A stretch of 64,000 nt of DNA from Adineta vaga (taxonomy: Eukaryota > Animalia > Rotifera). A program made the translations under genes and the position numbers. The notes under the pieces are model-generated. The model ran no database searches and had not been told where the DNA came from. It saw only the letters and a list, made by a program, of their open reading frames with translations. The stretch lies in the NCBI GenBank assembly GCA_021613535.1, contig CP075492.1:14694001-14758000 (forward strand), written 5' to 3'. Shown one piece after another: positions 24,090 through 35,324 of this stretch. Positions within the stretch are counted from its first letter, which is position 1, and the number at the start of each line of letters is the position of its first letter.

Positions 24090-25470
24090 ATTGATTATTT
24101 TATTTGAAATAAGATTTTGGAGCTTCTTTTTCTCAAATATATTCTCATGTCATTTGTATATACATATATATATATATACAGAATGATCAGTAATCGATGA
24201 TAATAAACATTAACCAACGTTTTTCATGTGGGTGTTATACTTGACGATTATAATTTATGACGAAGTATCTATCAATAGAAATGACGTCGAATTGTATCGT
24301 AAATACTTTATTTTCGTTGATGGGGAATGACGATGGTTTCTTTTACGTCATTAATATTGATACTTTTTAAGATCTGCTTTATTGCGAAGAATTTAATTTT
24401 AATTATGATAAATCTATGAAGAAAATAATCATTTTTATCTTTAATGCATTAAATAATAGACATCTCATAGTCTCCAGATTTGAATCAGAAGAATACCTTT
24501 GCCTATAAAGAAGAAATTCATGTGGGAAATGGCGGATTTCTAAGATTCCAAATCCCTAAAAGTACAATTAAGATAAAAAAAACTCCTGGGCGTACTGTGA
24601 ACATCTTGTGAGTACAATGGAAATCTCAGGAGTGGGATGAGAATTCAGCGAGTTAGAATTATTAGAAGTTGAAGCAAAAGGATGTAATTATATGGTTCGA
24701 AGGAAATTTTGAACGATCAGGTGATGGAGGAAAAATTGTTGAATTTAAGAAGAATAAATGAATAGAAAATGTGTTTTTCTTAACAAATTTATTTTATCAT
24801 TAATAAATCTAACATCATTTTAGAAGAAAAAAAGATCAAATTTCGGTTTTAGACAATATTTATTGGATAATATCGAAATTGAAAATCTATCAAGACTTTT
24901 TCAAAAGTATCCATTACGAGAGGTTCCCCCTTCATTATCCACATCCTGGAGATTTGTTTTAACTTATAATAGATACCGAAGGTTATTTTCGATGATATTT
25001 TACTATTTATTTCCAGAATGTTTTATAAAAAGGTTCGATCGTTTGTGCTAATACTAAATAAATAAATGATAGAAACATAAAAATACTCGAATTGGTTCCA
25101 ATTATGATTGAACAATAGATTAGCAATATTCTTGTATTTATACCGCTTATAATAACACATATTCCATTATAATAAGTGAACGTAACATTAATGGAAAGGT
25201 AATCAATAAAAACGGACCGATATGCGATTCTTTTTTTATTATTAAATCTATCTATAAAGGGCCTGAGAGTGAGTATGAATGTGAGTATTATAGCTATCGC
25301 ACATATCGTCACTCACCCACATTCTTATACTAGTTTGGCAGAAAGGAAGTCTGATTCTCTTGAGCATTATGTTGTCTATTAGAAAAGATACATATGTACG
25401 GCATATTCTCTCTAGTAACATAGTGCACAACTAAACTGGACATACAAGAATGAGTTCATTGAAAGTTTTG

Positions 25471-26230
25471 TTAATAGTGTGCGCTATAGCACACTGTATT
25501 GTTCGAAGCAGTTGGAATTGTAGATTTGATATAACACGTTGCGGAAGTGACCCATGTAAAACTGACACAACCCGAGTAAGACAAACACCAGCTGCAGCAA
25601 AGACTGAAATTGCCCATACTGGCTGAAGTTATGTCATGACCAGGCAGATCATACTTGATGAGAATTGTCATATTGCTGCACGTATAAGGGTTTTGGGTTG
25701 TGGCTGTATGTAGAAGCAAGTAAAAACAAAAAAAAGGAACCAATAAATCTTACAATGGGCGCTAGTCGTTGTTGGGGCAAAAGTTCTACGTATAGTTGTG
25801 GTATTTTGTACCATTGCGATTGTTGTTGTTGTTGTAGCTGCTAGAGGAAAGACATTTATTCAATGAATTCTTTTACAAAACTGTAAAATATCAATTCGCC
25901 TAAAAATGAATTTTCAGGCAGCAAACTTGTATATAATACAACTCCTGTGTAATTTTCTCGTGTCAAGTAACTATTTATCTATATATGTATATACAATACA
26001 AAGATGTCGGATCACTTTCTCAGATATTGAAGAATTTGAAGACATCGAATAGTGAAGTAATTACTTACTTGATATTAGAGTGGTTGTGCTTGATGTCAGC
26101 CAGAGCGAAAGTACAACAGCTAATACTATAGAACCTGTGAGACCACCCAATAAAAGCCCAACAAGAATCCTCGATATTGATGAGCACCATTGCTTGTGTT
26201 GGGAACTTCATTTTCAATGTACAAAGTCAT
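25471..26230 (-). CDS. Membrane-anchored protein with a Thr-rich stalk and a PAN/Apple domain; 5' end unresolved (possible frameshift)
   Basis: TM segment ILVGLLLGGLTGSIVLAVVLSLWL (~26170-26100), Thr-rich exon (~25840-25753), and last exon DLPGHDI…CCSWC…GCVSFTW…CYIKS (PAN_4-like). Confidence 0.6.
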
Positions 26231-27034
26231 TTATATATTACTACAGAGAAGAAGAAGTGAGTGTACTTACTTTGTATTATGAATATTTTTTGAGAGATCG
26301 CGTTTATCATTAGTGGACGAAGTAGTAACGGGATGAACTTTGTTAACACTTTTATTGAAGTGTGAGTTTTGATGTTCGGAATTATTATATTGTGATATAG
26401 ACCGATCATTATTTTCAGTACGTTCAACGTCCCATACACTCATTCCTATTGTCAGTTTTGTTCTGCGTATGAGGATTAGAAAAAAATCGAAAAGAGTATT
26501 GTTTTTCGTTTCTTATCTACATGATACGCATTTCTGCTTGTTGGCGTGCAGCATTTGTAGAGTTTCTTACGTACTTTTTTATTCTATCCGTATAGTCGTC
26601 GACCGAATACCTTGAATACGATACGTTATGGATAATGATAGTCAGTATGCAAATTTCGATTTCAAATCATATGGCTATGTGCATAATCCTATTTCTAAGA
26701 CTTCATGCAATTTTCCTCTCGTTTTCAGATTTCTTCTGATCATAAGAATTAATAACTTTATTCAAATCACGAACAAATATATCGAAAACATTGATCAAGT
26801 AAAAAAGTTGGGTTTGGGTACCTCCTTTTTATCCGTACTCTTGGTTACCTCATAAGCGCACACAATTTTTTTCGAGAAGTCAATGAAGTCCATCGAGCAT
26901 ATTGATCATGCAAAAAGTGTGATTCAAGTCTTTGATGGACATAAAGAAACGACGCGAACATTGTTTTCAGGTTTGCTCCAAGGAGTTATGTATCAAGCGA
27001 GTACATTAGACGGTGGATGACTATGATTAACACA

Positions 27035-27265
27035 TTTGCTACGAATCTTGGTGAAGGAGATTTTTTTACGGTTCATTTAATATTCTAGAATCAAGAAGGT
27101 TAACTTGTTCTCAAAAAACTAAAAAAAAACATTTGAACGATCAATACATTGCAAGTGTCATTACACAAATGCATGCTTACGACCTTGTTCATCGTGATAT
27201 TAAAGTTAAAACTATTCTCATTGATGGCGAACATGAACAAGTTTATTTGGCTGACTTTGGTACAT
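27035..27265 (+). pseudogene. Protein kinase relic
   Basis: NLGEGDFFTVH (Gly-loop-like), then QMHAYDLVHRDIKVKTILIDGEHEQVYLADFGT. Surrounded by stops and frameshifts; the C-lobe is missing. Confidence 0.7.
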
Positions 27266-27690
27266 TTTAGTCAGTTTGAGAGTGTGGTTGAGGCATTTTT
27301 TTTATCATCTATTACATTTTTCAACTATTAGCAAAGATGAGTAGTTTGCCTGTGAGTTATATACCGAATTCAAACAAAACAGTTTTAAATAAAAATTATA
27401 TTCACCAAGCGATGAAAAGGGAATTGATCTATGAATAAAAGCATCTCGATCATTGATACCTCACACCAAACTCTATTAGTAATTTATAAGTGATCAAGCA
27501 CATTAACAAAGAAATATCATCATGTCAACAAGTGACAATGCACTCCGATAAAAAAAACTTAAAAAAAGATAAGAAACACTATAAAACATTTGTGTCATCA
27601 TGCAATGAAATTAGAATCGTTTTTTCTTTCAACAAAGGTGTGTATCTGAAGATAAAACAATATGTTCCTATTTATACATGATATATTTAG

Positions 27691-28955
27691 ATGCGGTCGA
27701 TATTAATTCTTGTACTTGTTGCATTTACGCTGAGCAGCACATGGGCTCGCAGCATGACAATTAATCGACAATGGAAAGTATGGAAAAGTCAATTTGATAA
27801 AAGTTATACCAATGTTGAAGAACGTCTTCGGTATGAAACTTTGTTGTCGTATAGTTTTACATCGCCATCTATTTGGATATTATAGTCGTACGATTTGGGA
27901 AAAAAATTTAGAGCTAGTAGAAGAACATAATCGTCAAGCTGATCTTGGTCTTCATACATATCGACTTGGAATGAATCAATTTGCGGATTTAGTAATATTT
28001 TGTTTTTCACATAGGTTCATTAACATTTGTTTGGTAATTACATAGACTAACAAAGAATTCGTACAATTATTGAATGGTTTTCATAGTAAAGATGTTAAAG
28101 AAGAAAACGAAAAGTTCACATTAAATCCCAAAATTGAAATACCAGATACTGTTGGTAAGAATAATCGAAGTTATGATTTCTAACTGTTTTTCTATTCTCA
28201 CATAGATTGGCGTGATAAAGGTGCTGTAGTACCAGTTAAAAATCAAGGTCAATGTGGATCATCTTGGGCATTTTCAGCAGTTGGTTCAATTGAAGGTTTA
28301 TATGCAATTAAAACGGGCAAACTTGTTTCACTTTCTGAACAACAATTAGTTGATTGCTCTTCTAAACAGGGAAATATGGGTTGTAATGGTGGATTAATGA
28401 ATGCATCTTTTCAATATATACAAGAAGCGGGTGGTATTGAAGCTAATGAAAGTTATCCATATAAAGCAGTTGAGAAGACATGTGTATTCGACGCATCAAA
28501 AGTTGTCGTTAAACTTTGTGGATATGGCACCATTTCATCAGGAGATGAAGCAACTCTTCAACAAGTTGTGGCTTTAATTGGACCAGTAGCAACTGCTGTT
28601 GATGCTGCGCATTATTCATTTCAAATGTACCAAAGTGGTGGTAGGTACTTGTTTTGATGTGACCATATTACTTTGTACAATTCCTTTTATATCTAGTTTA
28701 TGATGAACCAGCTTGTTCATCAACGCAACCTAATCATGGCATTTTTATTATTGGTTATGGAAATGCATCGGGTAAAGATTATTGGCTTTTAAAAAACAGG
28801 TAATTATCAATAAACTTTAGAAAATATTCTACGTTATGTATCATCATTTTAGTTGGGACAAAACTTGGGGAGAAAACGGATTTATCAGAATGTCACGTAA
28901 TAAACATAATCAATGTGCTGTTGCTACTATGGCTAGTTATCCCATTCTTTGTTGA
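27691..28955 (+). CDS. Cathepsin L-like papain-family (C1A) preproprotein with Ser in place of the catalytic Cys
   Basis: Signal peptide; I29 prodomain (WEKN…EEHN…LGMNQFADL); mature domain DWRDKG…[41 protein letters not shown]; five short introns. Confidence 0.92.
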
Positions 28956-29569
28956 AAACATTTGATTCTAATTACACCGAAAACTAATAATTCTGAAATA
29001 AATATGGAAGATAATAGAAATTTTAATCTAATAATTGATAAAATGAACAGAAGTTCGGATTCAATTTCAAATAATTACAAGAACAAATTTTGATTGTTCA
29101 ATCTGTTTATTCTTTTTATTGAGTTTGAGACGATGTTTTCGAATATTACAAGTTTATATGCATAATTTTGATTTTTTATCAATAAATCAGAAAAGTATAT
29201 CGATATATTATTCAACTAAGATAAGGTCAACATTTATCGTTTGATTTTTAGTTCTGAATTGATAAAAGATTATATTAAATACAAAAAATTACAAAATCCA
29301 GATGTATGATTACAATTTTGATTTAATCGAATTCAATACAATCATTGTAAAAATGAGAGTCGATACTAATGATAGAAAACTTGACTTTATCTTTGACAAA
29401 AAGTTTCTCATTGAGACTAAAATGTAAAACGTACCAAATGGATATGCTATGATAGTCTGTTCGTAATGAGTATCTATCTGTAGAAGGAAGGGGCAACATT
29501 CTTCAACTTAAAACTTTCACTCAATTATTTACTCACAAAGAATATCTGTGAGATTCCACTAAAGCAAAG

Positions 29570-30079
29570 TTAATTCGGGACTTCAGTCGATAATCGATCT
29601 TCTCTAGTCAAATACGATTTGTTCATGGCTTTTAATCTTTGAAGCTCAGTACGCCATTGTTGAACATGTTCACCTATCTTACACACATTAGCTAAAGCCA
29701 ATCGACAAGTGAATTTCCAATTACTGTCGAGATCAAACATAATGCTCTCTTGTACTTTTGAATCATGTAATGGATTTTCTTCAGGTCCATTATGTTCTGC
29801 ACATAAATATATTAATTGGACATGTTTATAGCCATATATTGCTTTAATAATTGATGATTTATTGGAACAACAAATACAAACGATTCGTTGAAGATTAATA
29901 TCACTTCTAATCGATAGATCTAAAGCATCTAGACGCTGAACATAAGTAATATCAGGATCATTAGGTGATCGTTGATGTACTTGATCAGGATCATTAGGTG
30001 ATCGTTGATGTACTTGATCAGGATCATTAGGTGATCGATGATGTACTTGATCAGGATCATAGAAAAGAAAACTAGACAT
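29570..30079 (-). CDS. Hypothetical protein with 11-aa tandem repeats and a stand-alone receiver-like module
   Basis: 169-aa ATG ORF with DPDQVHQRSPN x3. RIVCICC…IIKAIYGYKHVQLIYLC resembles the N-terminal module of the ART-TPR proteins. Confidence 0.5.
   Translation of the reverse strand: MSSFLFYDPDQVHHRSPNDPDQVHQRSPNDPDQVHQRSPNDPDITYVQRLDALDLSIRSDINLQRIVCICCSNKSSIIKAIYGYKHVQLIYLCAEHNGPEENPLHDSKVQESIMFDLDSNWKFTCRLALANVCKIGEHVQQWRTELQRLKAMNKSYLTREDRLSTEVPN
29951..30060. repeat. Coding minisatellite, 33-bp unit x ~3.3
   Basis: ATCAGGATCATTAGGTGATCGTTGATGTACTTG repeated head-to-tail with one substitution. Confidence 0.95.
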
Positions 30080-30757
30080 TATTAATATTGATTAGATTCT
30101 TATCAGACAAATGTATATATATATATGTCAGTTGGATATTTCCTGGGGATACAAGTATGACTCAAAAAAGGATTTGTCATTGTATAATAGTAATATTCCT
30201 TCTACAGAATAAAGTGAAAAGGAACTGCGTATCGATTGATATGACGTCTGAAAGAAATTTAGTTTGAATAGAACCTTAGTACTTAGTATAATATTGACAT
30301 AAGAACTGATATACATTTCAACATAATCGAGTTTCTTTTTTACAAGTTATTTATATTAATAAGTGTCGAAATATCGAGAAATGAAAAAAGTAATTATTAA
30401 TAAGAAAATATCTTCCTATCGACTAATTTCATTTGATAAATTCTATATTTTGTTGCATAAAAAAGTCTTTTGAACTTTCCTCTCAACTATTATATAATTT
30501 TGTGCCTCGGTCGGTGCGGAGCATCATAAATAATCGATCAAATCCTAGGAATATTTTCTACAAGGTCAACATCCTGTGGGTATACACAGTAACGACAAAA
30601 ACACCGTCAAAATATCATCTTGTTGACGAATGAATCGATGATTAAGCACGCCATGCAATGAGTCACTTCAACGATCTGTTCTTTGATCGATTCTGTATGT
30701 TAATACTTCAAACAAAAATCACAAGAATAAACATTCAGGATTTTCTTTTACAAAAAA

Positions 30758-31195
30758 TTAGATTCTGTCAATGTCATCAAGTAATTCTAAGACATGCCAT
30801 GCATATTGATCAGATAAACCATTATTTCCTAAGCTTTTCTGTATGATTTGTTCCTTATGTGTATAATTAACAGTCAAAAACATAAGATTTAACAAAAGAA
30901 TTCGTTCGTCAGTTGCATAAATGACATTTTTATTGTTAATATTGAGTTTTGTTCCATTACTCAATACATAAATACAATCAATATAATGTAAACAAATTGA
31001 ATTAATTATTTGTTGAATATCTTCTACTTTACCAACCAAAATGATTTTAAATTGTGAATTATTTTCAATAAGACGATTTATTTCATTCAGATTAGAAGCA
31101 TGTTCATAAGGAAATAGTATGTTATTCCGTTCAAAGAAAATATTAAAAAGTATAAATACAGCATTGATGTCTGTCTTTGATAACACAGGTGCCAT
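30758..31195 (-). CDS. Hypothetical protein, stand-alone receiver-like module
   Basis: ORF with KIILVG…IQQIINSICLHYIDCIYVL, a pattern similar to the neighbouring gene and the ART N-termini. Start taken at MAPVL. Confidence 0.45.
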   Translation of the reverse strand: MAPVLSKTDINAVFILFNIFFERNNILFPYEHASNLNEINRLIENNSQFKIILVGKVEDIQQIINSICLHYIDCIYVLSNGTKLNINNKNVIYATDERILLLNLMFLTVNYTHKEQIIQKSLGNNGLSDQYAWHVLELLDDIDRI

Positions 31196-31930
31196 CGAAG
31201 TTGAAATTCGTTTCTTTAAAATTGTTTTTTTGAGACACAATTTACTTGTACAATGTGATTTATTGTTCTGCGTAAAGCTACGCACATCTCAAATGTTTTT
31301 TTTAAACAAATAGAAAATTCTACATTGTGGTGCAAGATTTAATAATAAAGAATAACATTTTCTGGTTTTATTTTTTAGAAAATGAAATTTAAAAAAAAAA
31401 TCAGATAAATGTATTGGAATACTCAAGACAAGAATGTTATTATGTCTGTTGAAAATAATCGCATCAACAAACGGCGATGTTCTTCAATATTAGCGAAGTA
31501 TAGAGAGTACCGTTGAAAAGAAACAATTGTGCTAAACAATCATTTGAAATCGAGAAATGTGAGAAAAGAATTGACAAAGTTGATGTATTAATTAAAATCG
31601 ATGGATATCGTTTCATTCATGGTAAAAGTTAACGTAAAATTGTAGTTGTTGGTATATCTTTTTTGTTCCATTTCTCTTTCTCATATAAGCTTGAACAAAA
31701 CGATCTTTAGACACGAAGTTAAATTGTTCCTCGAAGAGTATCACCACCATAAAAACACATTTCTCTTTCAACGTCAAATGCGACTTTTATGGATAGTAAC
31801 AAAAATAGTTTTTATTCTTATTGATAATTTCGCCCATTATATCAATACATTTCAAAATAACATTTCTAATCAATAGTTCATAAGAAAATCATGTCTTTAT
31901 TTTTAATAAAAAAGAAATTCAATCAATCTG

Positions 31931-32469
31931 TTAAAGAATAATTGCACTTGAAATAAATGGATAACTAAGAAGTGAAAGAACAACAACCATATTGATCAAT
32001 GAACTACAACCATGTGCTATACCAAATTGTTTGTTCAATGCTTTCATTCGATCGCTAATACCAGGCTCATTGTATGTTTTACCTTCTTCCCTTTCAACTT
32101 TATGTCTTTCTTGCATAACTCTATTCAAATAATTAATTTCAATAGGAAAATAGAAATTTTAATCATGTCTTACTTTGATGTCCATGGTCCAACGATGATT
32201 AAATTCATTAGACCTCCAACAATACCAATCAAGAAAATAGTACGAGAATTTCGATTCGATGTTGTTATTAAACATATTCCATTAAGAACACTTTGTGATA
32301 AAAAGTAAATGGGAAAAAGTTTACTTTGAAGAAGACCAAATTGTTGACGAGGTAAAACTTTAAATGCAACAGGACCACCAATAAATGAATGCCAAAGAGT
32401 AAGACCTGTTACAGAGGCATAAGAAAGAAGATGATATGGAGCAGATGAACTAAAAATCGTCGGTATCAT
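31931..32469 (-). CDS. TMEM205 / DUF4149-like membrane protein, 2 exons
   Basis: WHSFIGGPVAFKVLPRQQFGLLQSKLFPIYF, NLIIVGPWTSK|VM.ER and LNKQFGIAHGCSSLIN match the TMEM205 signature. Confidence 0.85.
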
Positions 32470-32720
32470 CTTTATTATGTATACGATATTAAAAGAATGA
32501 TACGATATAGTTAAAAGGTAAAACTAGGGTATGCGTTTTTGCGACCAATCAGGTTGATAAATAATATTTATCAATCAAATTTTTTTGTTGATATTTCAAA
32601 ATGTCATTAATTTTATTTAATTTTGTGATTTTTAACACATTTTATAAACATTTCTTATGAAATTAATAGTGACATCTAGGATAGAGTACTGTATGGATGT
32701 ATTTTGTACTAATAATAAAA

Positions 32721-33698
32721 CTACCGAAGTAAGAAAAAAAGAATTGACAGAAAAAAAGCAGAAAAGTTTTTCATAAAAGGATTTGTGTTGACGAAAGCAT
32801 TCGAGTTGGAAACAGTAGTTTTCATCCAATCAATAATAGCATCAGCAACTTGTTCAGGTTGCTCAGGGAATAGTGCATGACTAGCCGCTTCGATCACTCT
32901 TACAGTGACAAGACTGTTGAGTACGTCTTTCAATTCATTTCGTGACCAAAATGGTCTCCATGGATCTTCAGCAGCTTGTAAATCAAGAATAGGAGAATGT
33001 GACACAGGCCACCATTCAGTTTTCGATGGAATTTTTCCTGCACTACGATAAGCAGGACGAAGTTCAGGATGCCAACCTGTTAACCAAACTGAAGCATTAC
33101 TGTTAGGTGCAAAGAAGGCATGATACAAATGGACGAGTCGTTCATCTTCTGGGATTGTAGCATTCGCTACACGTTCAAGAGAGACAGTTAGTGACGAATC
33201 ATTCTGATATTGTTGTTCACCTGCAGCGACTACAATTCCACGAACTAGGTGTGGATGATCAAGATCAGTAACACGTGCCACATAATGACCAAATGCATGA
33301 CCAATAATTACGGCAGGATAACCTCTACCTAATTCACGTATTGTAATTGCTATATCATTGGCTAAAATATGTAATGTAAGATTTTCCAATGAACCACGAC
33401 TATTCCCAATACCACGTGGTTGCGGACGAAGAACCAAATAACCTGCCTTAGCAATACGTTCAGCAACATGATTAAATTCATTACTACCTCGTTGTGACGA
33501 TGGAAGAATGATCACTGGTGGAAGTCCATCTTCACCATCGATAATTACATCAAGTGTTAAATCAATTTGAGGTGTTAGTAGAACACGACGACGTTGTTGT
33601 GAAATCGTCGTATTTAAATTTATTTCAGATATTTCATGAGAATTTCGTATGAAGACGACGTAGATGGTAAAAAGAATGAATAACCATTTGACTTCCAT
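32721..33698 (-). CDS. Bacterial-type alpha/beta-hydrolase-fold protein with signal peptide and GPI-like C-terminal tail, intronless
   Basis: Motifs LRPQPRGIGNS, IIGHAFG (nucleophile elbow with Ala), QAAEDP and ASHALFPEQP. Hydrophobic N-terminus; C-terminus ends SNSNA…FSAFFLSILFFLLR. Confidence 0.85.
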   Translation of the reverse strand: MEVKWLFILFTIYVVFIRNSHEISEINLNTTISQQRRRVLLTPQIDLTLDVIIDGEDGLPPVIILPSSQRGSNEFNHVAERIAKAGYLVLRPQPRGIGNSRGSLENLTLHILANDIAITIRELGRGYPAVIIGHAFGHYVARVTDLDHPHLVRGIVVAAGEQQYQNDSSLTVSLERVANATIPEDERLVHLYHAFFAPNSNASVWLTGWHPELRPAYRSAGKIPSKTEWWPVSHSPILDLQAAEDPWRPFWSRNELKDVLNSLVTVRVIEAASHALFPEQPEQVADAIIDWMKTTVSNSNAFVNTNPFMKNFSAFFLSILFFLLR

Positions 33699-33849
33699 AA
33701 AAGAATAAAACAAAGTGTCTGATCAATTTATTCTTTTTCTCGAAAAGAGCAAATATCGACACGATATGCAACATAAAGGTCGGATTATAAAACCTATCGT
33801 ATTTTTCTTTATTCTTTCATTGACATAAAGAAATTTCATAGAAATGAAG

Positions 33850-34852
33850 TTAATCATTTCTATTAAATAATAACATTTGTTGAATTCTCATTGGTAAATA
33901 ATGTTCTAAATGAAATTTTCTTACAATAAAATTCATTCCATATTGAAAACAATATTTAAATTCTCCACGAAATTTCCGACTTGTTAAAATATACGTATAA
34001 AATCCAAACACACAATTACTATAATATACTATTGCACACAATTGACGAACAAAATAAAGGATAAGCAATGCATTTGATGATGTGATATATTTATAAATAG
34101 TAACGGCAGAAAAATGATAAACAATTAAAATTGAATAAGGAGCTGATATTAATGTAGTTGTTAGGACTTGAATTGCAAGCATTACACATAGTTGTTGTTC
34201 ATTCGATCGAAAACGTTGTTGCTGATTATGTCTTAATGGTTGAACACGATGACGACTTTGTCGAATATTAATAATCATTAATATACCAAAAAGAAGCATT
34301 AAGATAACAGGACAAGAAAATGAAACAAAACCAAAAAAGAAAAAAAAATCATGTATAATCATAAGAGAAAAACGCACAAATCGATCCACGAGATTCAAAA
34401 AAATAGAAAATATGTAAATGAATCAAGAAAATGATGATTATAGTTATAAAAATAAATCGTCTTGCAGTTAATTTATTACTTAATTGACGAAAACGAGCTC
34501 GACGTGAAGTTGATAAATATCGATCAATACTTGTCATAACTGTTAACCATAAAATAAGACATAAAGGAGTAAAAACAAAATACATTCGTAATTTACATAA
34601 AATTGTATTTGTATACCAAGCATCTAATGCAGGACTATAACCAAGATAATTAGCTAATAATGCTATTAGAATAACAAATAAATTATTTATTGAACTTGAT
34701 AGAAAATAAACTGAACATGAACTTCGTTTCATTGAACGACGTGTAAAGATTATTATATTAAAAACATTTCCAATGATTCCAAATATCATTTGTAATGGAG
34801 CAATGATACGATTTACTAAGAACAATGTTGTAGTCAAAGTAGAAGCTGACAT
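33850..34852 (-). pseudogene. Rhodopsin-like GPCR interrupted by a frameshift/stop near 34350
   Basis: TM1-4 (GIIGNVFN, CKLR, SIDRY) lie in one frame and TM5-7 in another. The break is beside a T-rich homopolymer tract and I see no intron there. Confidence 0.7.
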
Positions 34853-35239
34853 GACGTAAGACAAGTGATGAAACTATTAACTGTTACTCAGTGCAAGAAG
34901 GAAATATTTGAAAAGAATAAAGTAGCATAGAAGTGAAGTTCTTTGTTTTTAATTTATTAATTTAAAAAAAAACAATTATCAATAGACTTCAAACTTTTTC
35001 AACACACTTCGTGACTATAGTGGAAAATTAAGAAGATTATTCTTGAAATTTTTTCATTTATACAAATGAATGGGTTTAATTTTAAGCTTGGCTAATATCT
35101 TTCAAAAATAATTCTTAGGAAATAGAAATCATGAATGAGGAATTATAATTAGACACATTTTGACAATAATGTCATTTGTTTAGTCATTCTCAGAGCTGAA
35201 AAGTAGCCTTTTGTTTTGTTTTGTTTCATGATTCATAAT

Positions 35240-35324
35240 TAGGGATGGATCATTTAATTTAACGCAATTAATTAACGGATTCCATTAACGTTTATTTTAA
35301 ATAAACGTTAATGTCCCACGTCTA
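35240..35324. mobile_element. 85-bp hAT-type MITE with 8-bp target-site duplication
   Basis: Left end TAGGGATGGATCATTTAA; right end reverse-complement TAGACGTGGGACATTAACG. Flanks TTCATAAT (35232-35239) and TTCATAGT (35325-35332). Internal palindrome with perfect 15-bp arms at 35283-35313. Confidence 0.7.

Noticed and set aside
29951-30060. 33-bp repeats as a possible CRISPR array
   Set aside because: The units are head-to-tail with no spacers, lie in frame within an ORF, have no cas genes nearby, and the context is eukaryotic.
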